Under the pieces are notes generated by a model. It saw only the letters and a list, made by a program, of their open reading frames with translations. It made no database searches and had not been told where the DNA came from. DNA of 64,000 nt from Cellulomonas sp. 73-92 (GTDB lineage Bacteria > Actinomycetota > Actinomycetes > Actinomycetales > Cellulomonadaceae): contig NZ_MKTH01000006.1 of NCBI RefSeq assembly GCF_001898175.1, forward strand, positions 15,100-79,099, read 5' to 3'. Both the position numbers and the translations under genes were made by a program. How positions within the stretch are numbered: the first letter of the stretch is position 1; every line of letters starts with the position of its first letter. This document shows, one piece after another, positions 56,667-64,000 of this stretch.

Positions 56667-58513
56667 CGGGCCACCGCCGGCGTGGCGGCGCCGTCGTGCC
56701 CGGCACGCGCCGCCGTCAGCACGTACCGGTAGTGCGCGTGGGTCACCAGCAGCTCGCTGTGCGTGCCGACGCCCGTGATGCGGCCGTCCTGCAGCACGGC
56801 GACCCGGTCGGCGAGCGCGACCGTCGAGGGCCGGTGGGCGACGACGAGCGTCGTGGTGCCGGCGAGCACGGTCCGCAGTCGGCGGGTCACCTCGGCCTCG
56901 GTGGTGACGTCGAGGGCCGACAGCGGGTCGTCGAGGACCAGCACGCGCGGCCGGGTGGCGATCGCCCGGGCCAGGGCCACCCGTTGGCGCTGGCCGCCGG
57001 AGAGGCTGAGGCCCTCCTCGCCGATGACCGTCTCGAGCCCCTCGGGGAGCCGGTGGGCGAAGCCGGCGCGGGCGACGTCGAGCGCCTCGCGCAGGATCCG
57101 CTCGCCCTCGGGCGAGTCCGCGACCTCGTCGGGCACGCCCATGAGGACGTTCTCGCGGACCGAGGCGGAGAAGAGGATCGGGTCCTCGAACGCGACGGCG
57201 ACCGCGGTCCGCACGTCGCGGCGCGTGAGGTCGCGCACGTCGACGCCGTCGATCCGCACGGCGCCGCCGGACACGTCGTAGAGCCGCGGCAGCAGCGCGA
57301 GCAGCGTGGTCTTGCCGCTGCCCGTCAGTCCGACGAGCGCGGTCGTGGTGCCCGGCTCGAGCTCGAGGTCCACGCCGTCGAGGACGTCGGCGGCCGACGC
57401 CCCGTGCCGGAAGCGGACGTCGTCGAACGTCACGCGGCTGCCGCCGGGAGGCGGCGGAGGCAGCAGCTGCGGCCGGTCCGGGTCGCGGATTCCGGGCGAG
57501 GTGTCCATGACGTCGAGGAACCGGTCGGTCGACGCCTTGGCGTCCAGCGTCATCGCCAGGAGCTGGCCGAACGCCTCGACGGGGTTGTTGACGAGGGCCG
57601 CCGTGGCGAAGAACGCGACGAGCGCCCCGACCGAGAGCCGGCCGCTCGCGGCGAGCGGGACGCCGATCGCGAGCTCGACGGCGAGGATGCCCTCCGGCAG
57701 GGCGCCGAGCGCGAAGGAGACGCGCGACAGCGTGCGGGCCTTGGCCACCTCCGTGTCGCGCAGCTGCTCGGCCTGCGCGACGAAGTCGTCGAGCGCGTCC
57801 TCGCCGCGGCCGAACGCCTTGAGCACGCGGATGCCGTGCACCGACTCCTCGACGGTCGTCGCCAGGTCGCCGGCCTGGTCGCGGGCCCGCCGGGCCACCA
57901 CCTTGTAGTCCTCGCGGAACCGGAACCCGAGCCACACCATGGGCACCGCGCCGGCGACGTAGACGAGTCCCAGCACCCAGCTCGTGGCGAGCATGAGGAC
58001 GATGCCGATGACCGCCGTCGCGCCCGACACCACGAGCATGACGAGCCCGAACACGAGCCAGCGGCGGATGAGGTTGAGGTCGCTCATGATGCGGCTGAGC
58101 AGCTGCCCGCCCGACCGCCGGTCGTGGAACGCCACCGGCATGTCGAGGAGGTGGACGAACATGGCGTCCCGCATCTCGCGCTCCATCGTCGTGCCCGGCG
58201 TGGCGATGAGCGCCCGCCGGCACCAGACGAGGAACGCCTCCACGACGCCCAGGCCCAGCACCACCGCGCCGGCCTCGAGGACGGCGGCGCGCGTCCCGGC
58301 GGTCAGCAGCGGGCCGTTGACGAGCCGGCGCAGCACCTGCGGCACGACGAGCGAGACGACGCTCGCGCCGAGGGCCGCGACCCCGCCGAAGACCATCGGC
58401 CGCAGCGCACCCTTGGTCCACCCGACGAGCCGCAGCAGCACACGGGTCGTCGAGGTCTCGCGGGGGGGCACGTTCGTCACCTTAGGCACGGGGGGCCGGG
58501 CGCCGTCCACCAC
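56663..58513 (-). CDS. ABC exporter half-transporter (TMD-NBD), subunit 1
   Basis: It has Walker A (GLTGSGKTT), the signature LSGGQRQR and Walker B (VLVLDDPLSALD). Paired with the downstream gene it forms a heterodimeric exporter. Confidence 0.9.
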   Translation of the reverse strand: MVDGARPPVPKVTNVPPRETSTTRVLLRLVGWTKGALRPMVFGGVAALGASVVSLVVPQVLRRLVNGPLLTAGTRAAVLEAGAVVLGLGVVEAFLVWCRRALIATPGTTMEREMRDAMFVHLLDMPVAFHDRRSGGQLLSRIMSDLNLIRRWLVFGLVMLVVSGATAVIGIVLMLATSWVLGLVYVAGAVPMVWLGFRFREDYKVVARRARDQAGDLATTVEESVHGIRVLKAFGRGEDALDDFVAQAEQLRDTEVAKARTLSRVSFALGALPEGILAVELAIGVPLAASGRLSVGALVAFFATAALVNNPVEAFGQLLAMTLDAKASTDRFLDVMDTSPGIRDPDRPQLLPPPPPGGSRVTFDDVRFRHGASAADVLDGVDLELEPGTTTALVGLTGSGKTTLLALLPRLYDVSGGAVRIDGVDVRDLTRRDVRTAVAVAFEDPILFSASVRENVLMGVPDEVADSPEGERILREALDVARAGFAHRLPEGLETVIGEEGLSLSGGQRQRVALARAIATRPRVLVLDDPLSALDVTTEAEVTRRLRTVLAGTTTLVVAHRPSTVALADRVAVLQDGRITGVGTHSELLVTHAHYRYVLTAARAGHDGAATPAVAR

Positions 58514-58566
58514 GATCGCGTGCCGGGCGGACCCATCCGATCCGCGGCGGCGTGCGAACGTCCGGC

Positions 58567-60249
58567 ATGACGACCCTCGTCCTCGTCGGCCTCGTCTCCG
58601 GCGTCATCACCGCGGTGTCGCCCTGCGTGCTGCCCGTGCTGCCCGTGGTGCTGACGACCTCCGCCGCCGGCGGCGCGGCCTCGCGCCGGCGGCCGTGGTT
58701 CGTCGTCGGCGGGCTGGTCACGTCGTTCGGGGTGTTCACCCTGGTCGGAGGCGCGCTGCTGACGCTGCTCCACCTGCCGCAGGACCTGCTGCGGTGGCTC
58801 GGCATCACCGTGCTCGCCGTCGTCGGGCTCGGCATGCTGTGGCCCCCGCTCGGGCACCTCATCGAGCGGCCGTTCGCCCGGCTGCGGGTGCCGCGGCTGG
58901 ACCGCGACGGCAACGCGTTCTGGCTCGGCGCCGCGTTCGGCCTGGTCTTCGTGCCGTGCGCCGGGCCGGTGCTGGCCGCGATCACGGTGCTCGCCGCGAC
59001 GGCGCGGATCGGCTGGGGTCTCGTGCTGCTCACCGCCGCCTTCTGCGTCGGCATCGCGATCCCGCTGCTCGTCCTCGCGACGGGCGGCCGGGCGCTGGCC
59101 GGGCGCGTCCGGGCGGTGCGGCGGCGCACGCCCGCGGTGCGGGCGGTGGGCGGGGTCGTCATGCTCGCGACCGCCCTCGTCATCGCGACCAACGTCGCCG
59201 AGCCGCTGCAGCGCGCGGTCCCGGGCTTCCTCTCCTCGCTGTCCGACCGGATCGAGTCCGGCTCGCGCCAGCAGCTCGCGGCACTCGGCGGCGGTGGTGG
59301 TGGTGCCGGGGCGCAGTCGTTCGACCAGTGCGCCAACGACCCGACGACGCTGCACGACTGCGGCCCGGCCCCCGAGCTGACCGGCATCACCTCGTGGCTC
59401 AACTCCGGGCCGCTGACGCTGGCGGGCCTGCGCGGCAAGGTGGTGCTGGTCGACTTCTGGACGTACTCGTGCATCAACTGCCAGCGCACGCTGCCGTACA
59501 CCGAGCAGTGGGCCGCGCAGTACGGCAAGGACGGGCTGGTGGTCATCGGGGTGCACACGCCCGAGTTCGCGTTCGAGCACGTCGAGGCGAACGTCCGCGA
59601 CAACGCCGCACGGCTCGGCGTGACGTACCCGATCGCGCTGGACGACGCCTACGCCACCTGGAATGCGTACGACCAGCAGTTCTGGCCGGCGCACTACCTC
59701 GTGGACCGCACCGGCGAGGTGCGGCAGGTGCACTACGGCGAGGGCGACTACGCGCAGACCGACGCGCTCATCCGGCAGCTGCTCGGGACGTCGGCACCCA
59801 CCGGTCTGCCGACCGAGGTGTCGCCGCCGCCCGACTGGGCTGGCACCACGGCGAACCAGTCGCCCGAGACCTACCTCGGCTCGGACCGGATGGGGTCGAT
59901 CGCCAACGCCGACGTCACGGTCGGCCGGCCGGCGGTGTTCCACTCGTCCGGCACCCCGGCGCGGGACTCGTACGCCCTGGACGGGACGTGGACCATCCAG
60001 GGCGAGCACGCGGACGCCGGAGCCGGAGCCGCGCTGGCGTACCACTTCTACGCGAGCCGGGTGTTCCTCGTGCTCGGCGGCACCGGGACGGTGGACGTGA
60101 GCCTCGCGGGCGACCCCGCGTTCCATCGGACCGTGACGGTGGGCGGCGCCCCGACGCTGTACACGCTGTACGACCAGGGCGTCCGCGACGACGTGCTGCG
60201 CCTGTCCTTCTCCCCCGGCGTCGAGGCGTACGCCTTCACGTTCGGGTGA
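58567..60249 (+). CDS. dipZ: DipZ-type protein: CcdA-like thiol-disulfide transporter fused to a TlpA-like thioredoxin and a C-terminal beta-domain
   Basis: The TM cysteines are in AVSPCVLPVLP and VFVPCAGPV. The redoxin domain is VVLVDFWTYSCINCQRTLPY. About 150 further residues follow. The start is set at ATG 58567 within ORF 58552..60249. Confidence 0.88.
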   Translation: MTTLVLVGLVSGVITAVSPCVLPVLPVVLTTSAAGGAASRRRPWFVVGGLVTSFGVFTLVGGALLTLLHLPQDLLRWLGITVLAVVGLGMLWPPLGHLIERPFARLRVPRLDRDGNAFWLGAAFGLVFVPCAGPVLAAITVLAATARIGWGLVLLTAAFCVGIAIPLLVLATGGRALAGRVRAVRRRTPAVRAVGGVVMLATALVIATNVAEPLQRAVPGFLSSLSDRIESGSRQQLAALGGGGGGAGAQSFDQCANDPTTLHDCGPAPELTGITSWLNSGPLTLAGLRGKVVLVDFWTYSCINCQRTLPYTEQWAAQYGKDGLVVIGVHTPEFAFEHVEANVRDNAARLGVTYPIALDDAYATWNAYDQQFWPAHYLVDRTGEVRQVHYGEGDYAQTDALIRQLLGTSAPTGLPTEVSPPPDWAGTTANQSPETYLGSDRMGSIANADVTVGRPAVFHSSGTPARDSYALDGTWTIQGEHADAGAGAALAYHFYASRVFLVLGGTGTVDVSLAGDPAFHRTVTVGGAPTLYTLYDQGVRDDVLRLSFSPGVEAYAFTFG

Positions 60250-60279
60250 ACGGGGTGAGGAGGGCCGATGATGAGCGAG

Positions 60280-60299
60280 ACCGCCGGCGGCCGCCGGCG
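60280..60299. repeat. perfect 20-bp GC palindrome CCGCCGGCGGCCGCCGGCGG between dipZ and sigK
   Basis: I verified that it is self-complementary. It lies 31 nt after the dipZ stop and 21 nt before the sigK GTG. Confidence 0.8.
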
Positions 60300-60320
60300 G
60301 GACACCGACCGGGGAGCGGC

Positions 60321-60932
60321 GTGGACGACGACCGCCTGCACGCCGTGCCCGACGCGGCGCCGGGCGCGTCCGCGACGGGCGGCCCCGCCGCGGACCTGCT
60401 GCTCGCCCAGGTGGGACGCGGCGACGGCGCCGCCTTCGATCGGCTGTACCCCCTGGTCGCGGGCCCGGTCTACGGTCTGGCGCTGCGTGTGGTGCGCAAC
60501 CCTGCCCTCGCCGAGGAGGTCAGCCAGGAGGTGCTCGTGGACGTGTGGCGGCAGGCGCCGCGCTTCGACCGGACCCGGGGCAGCGCCATGGCCTGGGTGC
60601 TGACCATGGCGCACCGCCGCGCCGTCGACCGGGTGCGGCGGGAGGAGACCCTGGCCCGGGCGACGCGCGCCGCCGCGCTCGCCGTGCCCGACGAGGAGCC
60701 GCGGGACGTCGTGGTGGACGAGGCCGAGCGCACGTGGGACGCCGCCCGCGTCCGGCACGCGATGGCGGGCCTGACGGGTCTGCAGCGCGACGCGATCGAG
60801 CTGGCGTTCTTCTCCGGGTACACCCACCAGCAGGTCGCGTCGGTGCTCGGCGTGCCGCTCGGCACGGCCAAGACCCGCATCCGCGACGGGCTGATCAGGC
60901 TGCGCGACACCCTGGGGGTGGAGCCCTCATGA
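60321..60932 (+). CDS. sigK: ECF sigma factor, SigK-like
   Basis: The GTG at 60321 follows ggggag. AFDRLYPLVAGPVYGLALRVVRN...EVLVDVWRQAPRFDRTRGSAMAWVLTMAHRRAVDRVRREE closely resembles M. tuberculosis SigK as I recall it. It is the in-frame tail of ORF 57984..60932. Confidence 0.88.
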   Translation: MDDDRLHAVPDAAPGASATGGPAADLLLAQVGRGDGAAFDRLYPLVAGPVYGLALRVVRNPALAEEVSQEVLVDVWRQAPRFDRTRGSAMAWVLTMAHRRAVDRVRREETLARATRAAALAVPDEEPRDVVVDEAERTWDAARVRHAMAGLTGLQRDAIELAFFSGYTHQQVASVLGVPLGTAKTRIRDGLIRLRDTLGVEPS

Positions 60933-61813
60933 ACGGCGATGCGAACCTGCACGCGCTCACCGGCGCGTACGCGCTCGATGCCCTCGAGCCGGCCGAGCGC
61001 GCCGCGTTCGAGGCGCACCTGGTCACGTGCGCGGAGTGCGCGGAGGAGGTCGCGGGGCTGCGGGAGACGGCCGCCCGGCTGGCGGGTGCCGCGCGGCTGG
61101 CGCCCCCGGCCGCGCTCCGGGAGCGCGTGCTGGCGCAGGTGGCGCTCACGCCGCAGGTCGCCCCGGCGGCGGGCGTGCCGGCCGAGCCCGCGGCGGTTCC
61201 GGGCGGTCCCGCGGTGGCGAGCGGTCCGGCCGGTGCCACGGCGGCGACGGGCTGGTCGCCCGCGGCCGCACCGGTCGGGCTCGCAGCGGGCGACGATGCG
61301 TCGGCGGGCATCGGGGCGCCCGCCAGGACGGGCGGCCGGCGGGTGCCCGCGCGCCGGCCCACGTGGTGGGGGTGGGCCGCGGCGGCGGCCGCGGTGGTGC
61401 TCGTCGTCGGCGGCGTGCTGGGCGGCTCCCTCGCGGTGCGCCAGCACCGGGCGGACCAGGCGCTGGCCGCGGCGCAGGCGCACATGATGGTCATCGCCAC
61501 CGCGCCGGACGCGGTGAGCCACCAGGTGGCGCTGGGCACCAGCCACGTGGTGATGAGCCATGCGATGTCGGCGGCGGCGCTCGTCGGGGAGGACGTCCCC
61601 ATGCCCGGGGAGTCCGGGATGACCTACCAGCTGTGGATGGTGCACGCGGACGGCTCGACGGCGCCCGGGCCGACGTTCGTGCCGGACCGCGGGCGCGTGC
61701 TCGCCTTCGTCGAGGGCGACCTGGCGGCGGTGACCGCGTTGACCGTCACCGAGGAGCCGGCGGGTGGGTCGTCGGCGCCGACCGGCCCCCTCGTGGCGAG
61801 CGTCGCGCTCTGA
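60929..61813 (+). CDS. rskA: anti-sigma-K factor RskA-like, with N-terminal HxxxCxxC motif
   Basis: The ATG overlaps the sigK stop (ATGA). It has the anti-sigma N-domain LHALTGAYALDALEPAERAAFEAHLVTCAEC, one TM helix (WWGWAAAAAAVVLVVGGVLGG), and the RskA C-domain YQLWMVHADGS...TVTEEPAGGSSAPTG. Confidence 0.88.
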   Translation: MNGDANLHALTGAYALDALEPAERAAFEAHLVTCAECAEEVAGLRETAARLAGAARLAPPAALRERVLAQVALTPQVAPAAGVPAEPAAVPGGPAVASGPAGATAATGWSPAAAPVGLAAGDDASAGIGAPARTGGRRVPARRPTWWGWAAAAAAVVLVVGGVLGGSLAVRQHRADQALAAAQAHMMVIATAPDAVSHQVALGTSHVVMSHAMSAAALVGEDVPMPGESGMTYQLWMVHADGSTAPGPTFVPDRGRVLAFVEGDLAAVTALTVTEEPAGGSSAPTGPLVASVAL

Positions 61814-62627
61814 TCAGACCCCGCGGCGCGCCGTCTTGGTGTTGCTCACCTGGGCGACGGGCCGGACGACGAGCAGGTCGACGTTGACGTGCGGCGGGCG
61901 CGTCAGCGTCCAGGCGATCGCGTCCGCGACGTCGTCGGCCACCAGCGGCTGGTAGCCCGCGTAGACGGCGGCGGCGCGCGCCTCGTCGCCCGCGAAGCGG
62001 ACCAGCGAGAAGTCGGTCTCCACGGCGCCCGGCGCGATCTCGATGACGCGGATCGGCTCCCCCGCCAGCTCCCAGCGCAGCGTCGTCGCCAGCATCCGCT
62101 CGGCGTGCTTCGCACCCGTGTAGCCGGCGCCGCCCTCGTACGCGCCGTGCGCGGCGGTGGAGGTGAGGACGAGCACGTCGCCGCCGCCACGCTCGCGCAG
62201 CAGCGGCAGCAGCGCCTTGGTGACGCGCAGCGTGCCGAGCACGTTGGTCTCGTACATCCAGCGCCAGCCGTCGACGTCGCTCCTCTCGACGGGGTCGAGC
62301 CCGAGCGCGCCGCCGGCGTTGTTGACGAGCGCGTCGAGGCCGCCGTTCGCGCGCACGTGCGCCGCGAGCGCCGCGACCTGGTGGTCGTTCGTCACGTCGA
62401 CCTCGAGCCAGGTGGCGCCGGTCTCGTCGGCCAGGGCCTTGAGGCGCCCCGCGCGGCGCGCCGTGGCGAGCACGTCCCAGCCCTCGGCCCGCAGCCGACG
62501 CACGGTCGCCTCGCCGATGCCCGACGAGGCGCCGGTGACCACCGCTCGACGCGGCCCCCGTCGGCCTGACGCCCCGCTCGTCGTGCCCTCGGTCGTCGCG
62601 TCCACGCTCGTCGTGCCCTCGTCCATC
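61814..62627 (-). CDS. short-chain dehydrogenase/reductase (classical SDR)
   Basis: The ATG at 62627 precedes VVTGASSGIGEA (TGxxxGxG), NNAG and the YxxxK motif YTGAKHA. Confidence 0.88.
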
Positions 62628-62786
62628 TCGTTCCCACTTCCCGGCCGGCGTCGATCGGCGCTCGGGGCGCCAGGTGTGATCGTGCCAGTCCCGGCGCCCG
62701 TCATCACGGCCGTCCGTCGACCGCACGGTCGCGCGCCCGCGCCGCCCCGTGATGCGTCGCCGGCGGTCGATGCGCAGGATGGGGCG

Positions 62787-63191
62787 ATGGCCGTCCCCCC
62801 ACGCCTTCGCCCGCAGGTGCAGCGCTTCAACCGGTTCGCCCGCCGGTTCGCGGTGCGCGTGCCGCCCTTCGTCGTCGTGCACAACGTCGGCCGCAAGAGC
62901 GGCCGCGCCTACGAGACCCCGGTCGTGGCCTTCGCGGGGTACGACGGAGGCACCCGCCTGGTCGCCACGCCGCTGGCGTGGGGCCGGGACGCCGGCTGGT
63001 GCCTCAACATCCGTGCGGCCGGCTCGTACACGCTGACGCGGCGCAACCACCGGTACCTCGTCGACGAGCTGCGGATCGTCGCGCCGGCCGAGGCCGCACG
63101 GATCGTCGGCGGCGGCGCCCGGCTGACGAACGCGGTCGTCCGGCCGCAGGAGTGGATCGTCGGCCGGCTGCGGCGCGCCCCCACCGGCTGA
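62787..63191 (+). CDS. deazaflavin (F420)-dependent nitroreductase-like family protein
   Basis: The ATG at 62787 gives FVVVHNVGRKSGRAYETPVVAF...WCLNIRAAG, the pattern of the Ddn/PNPOx-like split-barrel family. Confidence 0.75.
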   Translation: MAVPPRLRPQVQRFNRFARRFAVRVPPFVVVHNVGRKSGRAYETPVVAFAGYDGGTRLVATPLAWGRDAGWCLNIRAAGSYTLTRRNHRYLVDELRIVAPAEAARIVGGGARLTNAVVRPQEWIVGRLRRAPTG

Positions 63192-63434
63192 GGCGGGACC
63201 CGCCGGAGCGGGGCCGTCGCCGTGACCAGGACTTGCACGGCGGGGCCGGTGCGTGCCTAGGGTTGTCGTGGAACCCCGCCGGCGTCTGGCGTGGGTGGCA
63301 CCGCCCCGGCATGGGCGGCCTTCCCGGGAGCGACGTGCTCCCGATCCCCCTTCTCGGCGCACGGCCGCGCCCGCCTCCGGCGCGCGCCGGTGGCGCCGGG
63401 CCGTGCGGTCGCCGCGTGCACCCCAAGGAGCCCC

Positions 63435-64000
63435 GTGCCCGTTCGTCGTCCCACCGCCGTCGCCGTCGCCCTCGCGGCGCTCGTCGTCCCGCTGGCAGCG
63501 TGCGCCGGCCCGGCCACCGGCGCCGCGCCCTCGGGCGGCACCACGACCACGACGACGTCGACGTTCCGGCCCGTGACCGTCGACAACTGCGGCACCACCG
63601 TCACCGTGACGTCCCCGCCGCAGCGGGTGGTGACCATCAAGTCGACCCCGACCGAGATGATGCTGGCGCTCGGGCTGGGGAGCCGGATCGTCGGCGAGGC
63701 GTACCAGGACGGACCCGTGCCCGCGCCGTGGGCGGCCGCGGCCGCGTCGATCCCCGTCCTGTCCGACAAGATCCCCGGCCAGGAGTCCGTGCTCGCGCTG
63801 AGCCCCGACCTCGTGTACGCCGGCTGGGAGTCGAACGTCAGCGCGAAGGGCGGTGTCGGCGACCGGTCCGCGCTGGCCGCCCGGGGCATCGCCACGTACG
63901 TGTCTCCGTCGGCGTGCAAGGAGGCCGCCTACCAGCCCGACCCGCTGACGTTCGACGACGTGTTCGCCGAGATCTCGCAGGTGGGCGACCTCTTCGGGGT
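63435..64000 (+). CDS. ABC transporter substrate-binding lipoprotein (siderophore/cobalamin-type PBP), 5' part
   Basis: This ORF is not in the track because it has no stop within the window. The SD aaggag is followed by GTG 63435. Hand translation gives VPVRRPTAVAVALAALVVPLAACAGP (lipobox LAAC) ...VVTIKSTPTEMMLALGLGSRIVGEAY...LSPDLVYAGWES. Confidence 0.8.
   Translation, partial: MPVRRPTAVAVALAALVVPLAACAGPATGAAPSGGTTTTTTSTFRPVTVDNCGTTVTVTSPPQRVVTIKSTPTEMMLALGLGSRIVGEAYQDGPVPAPWAAAAASIPVLSDKIPGQESVLALSPDLVYAGWESNVSAKGGVGDRSALAARGIATYVSPSACKEAAYQPDPLTFDDVFAEISQVGDLFG

Noticed and set aside
54828-58421. A 1197-aa ORF that could be read as a giant fused ABC transporter
   Set aside because: Only the C-terminal 612 aa (from ATG 56666) have TMD-NBD features. 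The N-terminal half is a shadow frame of the upstream ABC gene (56663..58513), which has its own Walker and signature motifs in another frame.
63192-63434. Cobalamin riboswitch or IdeR/DtxR iron box upstream of the substrate-binding lipoprotein; also a small dyad AGGGTT-n7-AACCC at 63259-63276
   Set aside because: There is no B12-box-like sequence. Alignment to the IdeR 19-mer consensus gives only about 7 matches. The dyad is short, and its left half is equally explained as a TAGGGT -10 hexamer.

Overview
This 64-kb window comes from a very GC-rich actinobacterial chromosome (by eye well above 70% G+C; third codon positions almost all G/C). I infer a Micrococcales/Cellulomonas-like organism from a GH9 cellulase, a WhiG/FliA sigma factor and the gene order. 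I support about 62 protein genes. I saw no tRNA, rRNA, CRISPR array, transposase or prophage. Positions 1-43,000 form a mostly minus-strand housekeeping backbone. From memory it is colinear with M. tuberculosis Rv2845c-Rv2922c: proS ... ispG-rip1 | dxr ... rlmN-cdsA-frr-pyrH-tsf-rpsB ... whiG-xerC, dprA-comM-yraN, DUF2469-rnhB-lepB-rplS, trmD-rimM-KH-rpsP, amidohydrolase-ffh-glnD-glnK-amtB-ftsY-smc. Next comes ndk-DUF4233-dhaL-folC-ileS. The right-hand third is accessory: an XRE-HTH gene, a GH9 enzyme, HAD, PRTase, a TipAL-like MerR, two ABC exporter half-transporters, dipZ-sigK-rskA, SDR, a deazaflavin-type reductase and a truncated substrate-binding lipoprotein. Most long ORFs in the supplied track are Arg/Pro/Ala-rich shadow frames of these genes, and I ignored them. 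Two edge-truncated genes (proS at the left, the binding protein at the right) are missing from the track and I translated them by hand. I did not find a convincing multi-gene novel system such as a defence operon. The best candidate for something undescribed is the repeat-dense 1.4-kb locus at 49.6-50.9 kb. It holds two 85-nt hairpin modules, each with its own SD and AUG, which create a uORF whose stop overlaps the start of an orphan XRE-HTH protein. That gene is also flanked by 20-bp and 16-bp tandem arrays. Other points worth a second look: a translational T-box leader on ileS, an 18-nt motif shared by the rpsP and rplS upstream regions, linkage of dipZ with sigK-rskA plus a ZAS motif in RskA, an orphan dhaL wedged into the folC-ndk operon, an ACT-less GlnD, and a textbook 19-bp-spacer MerR promoter. 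All calls rest on reading the sequence and recalling protein families; no searches were run.
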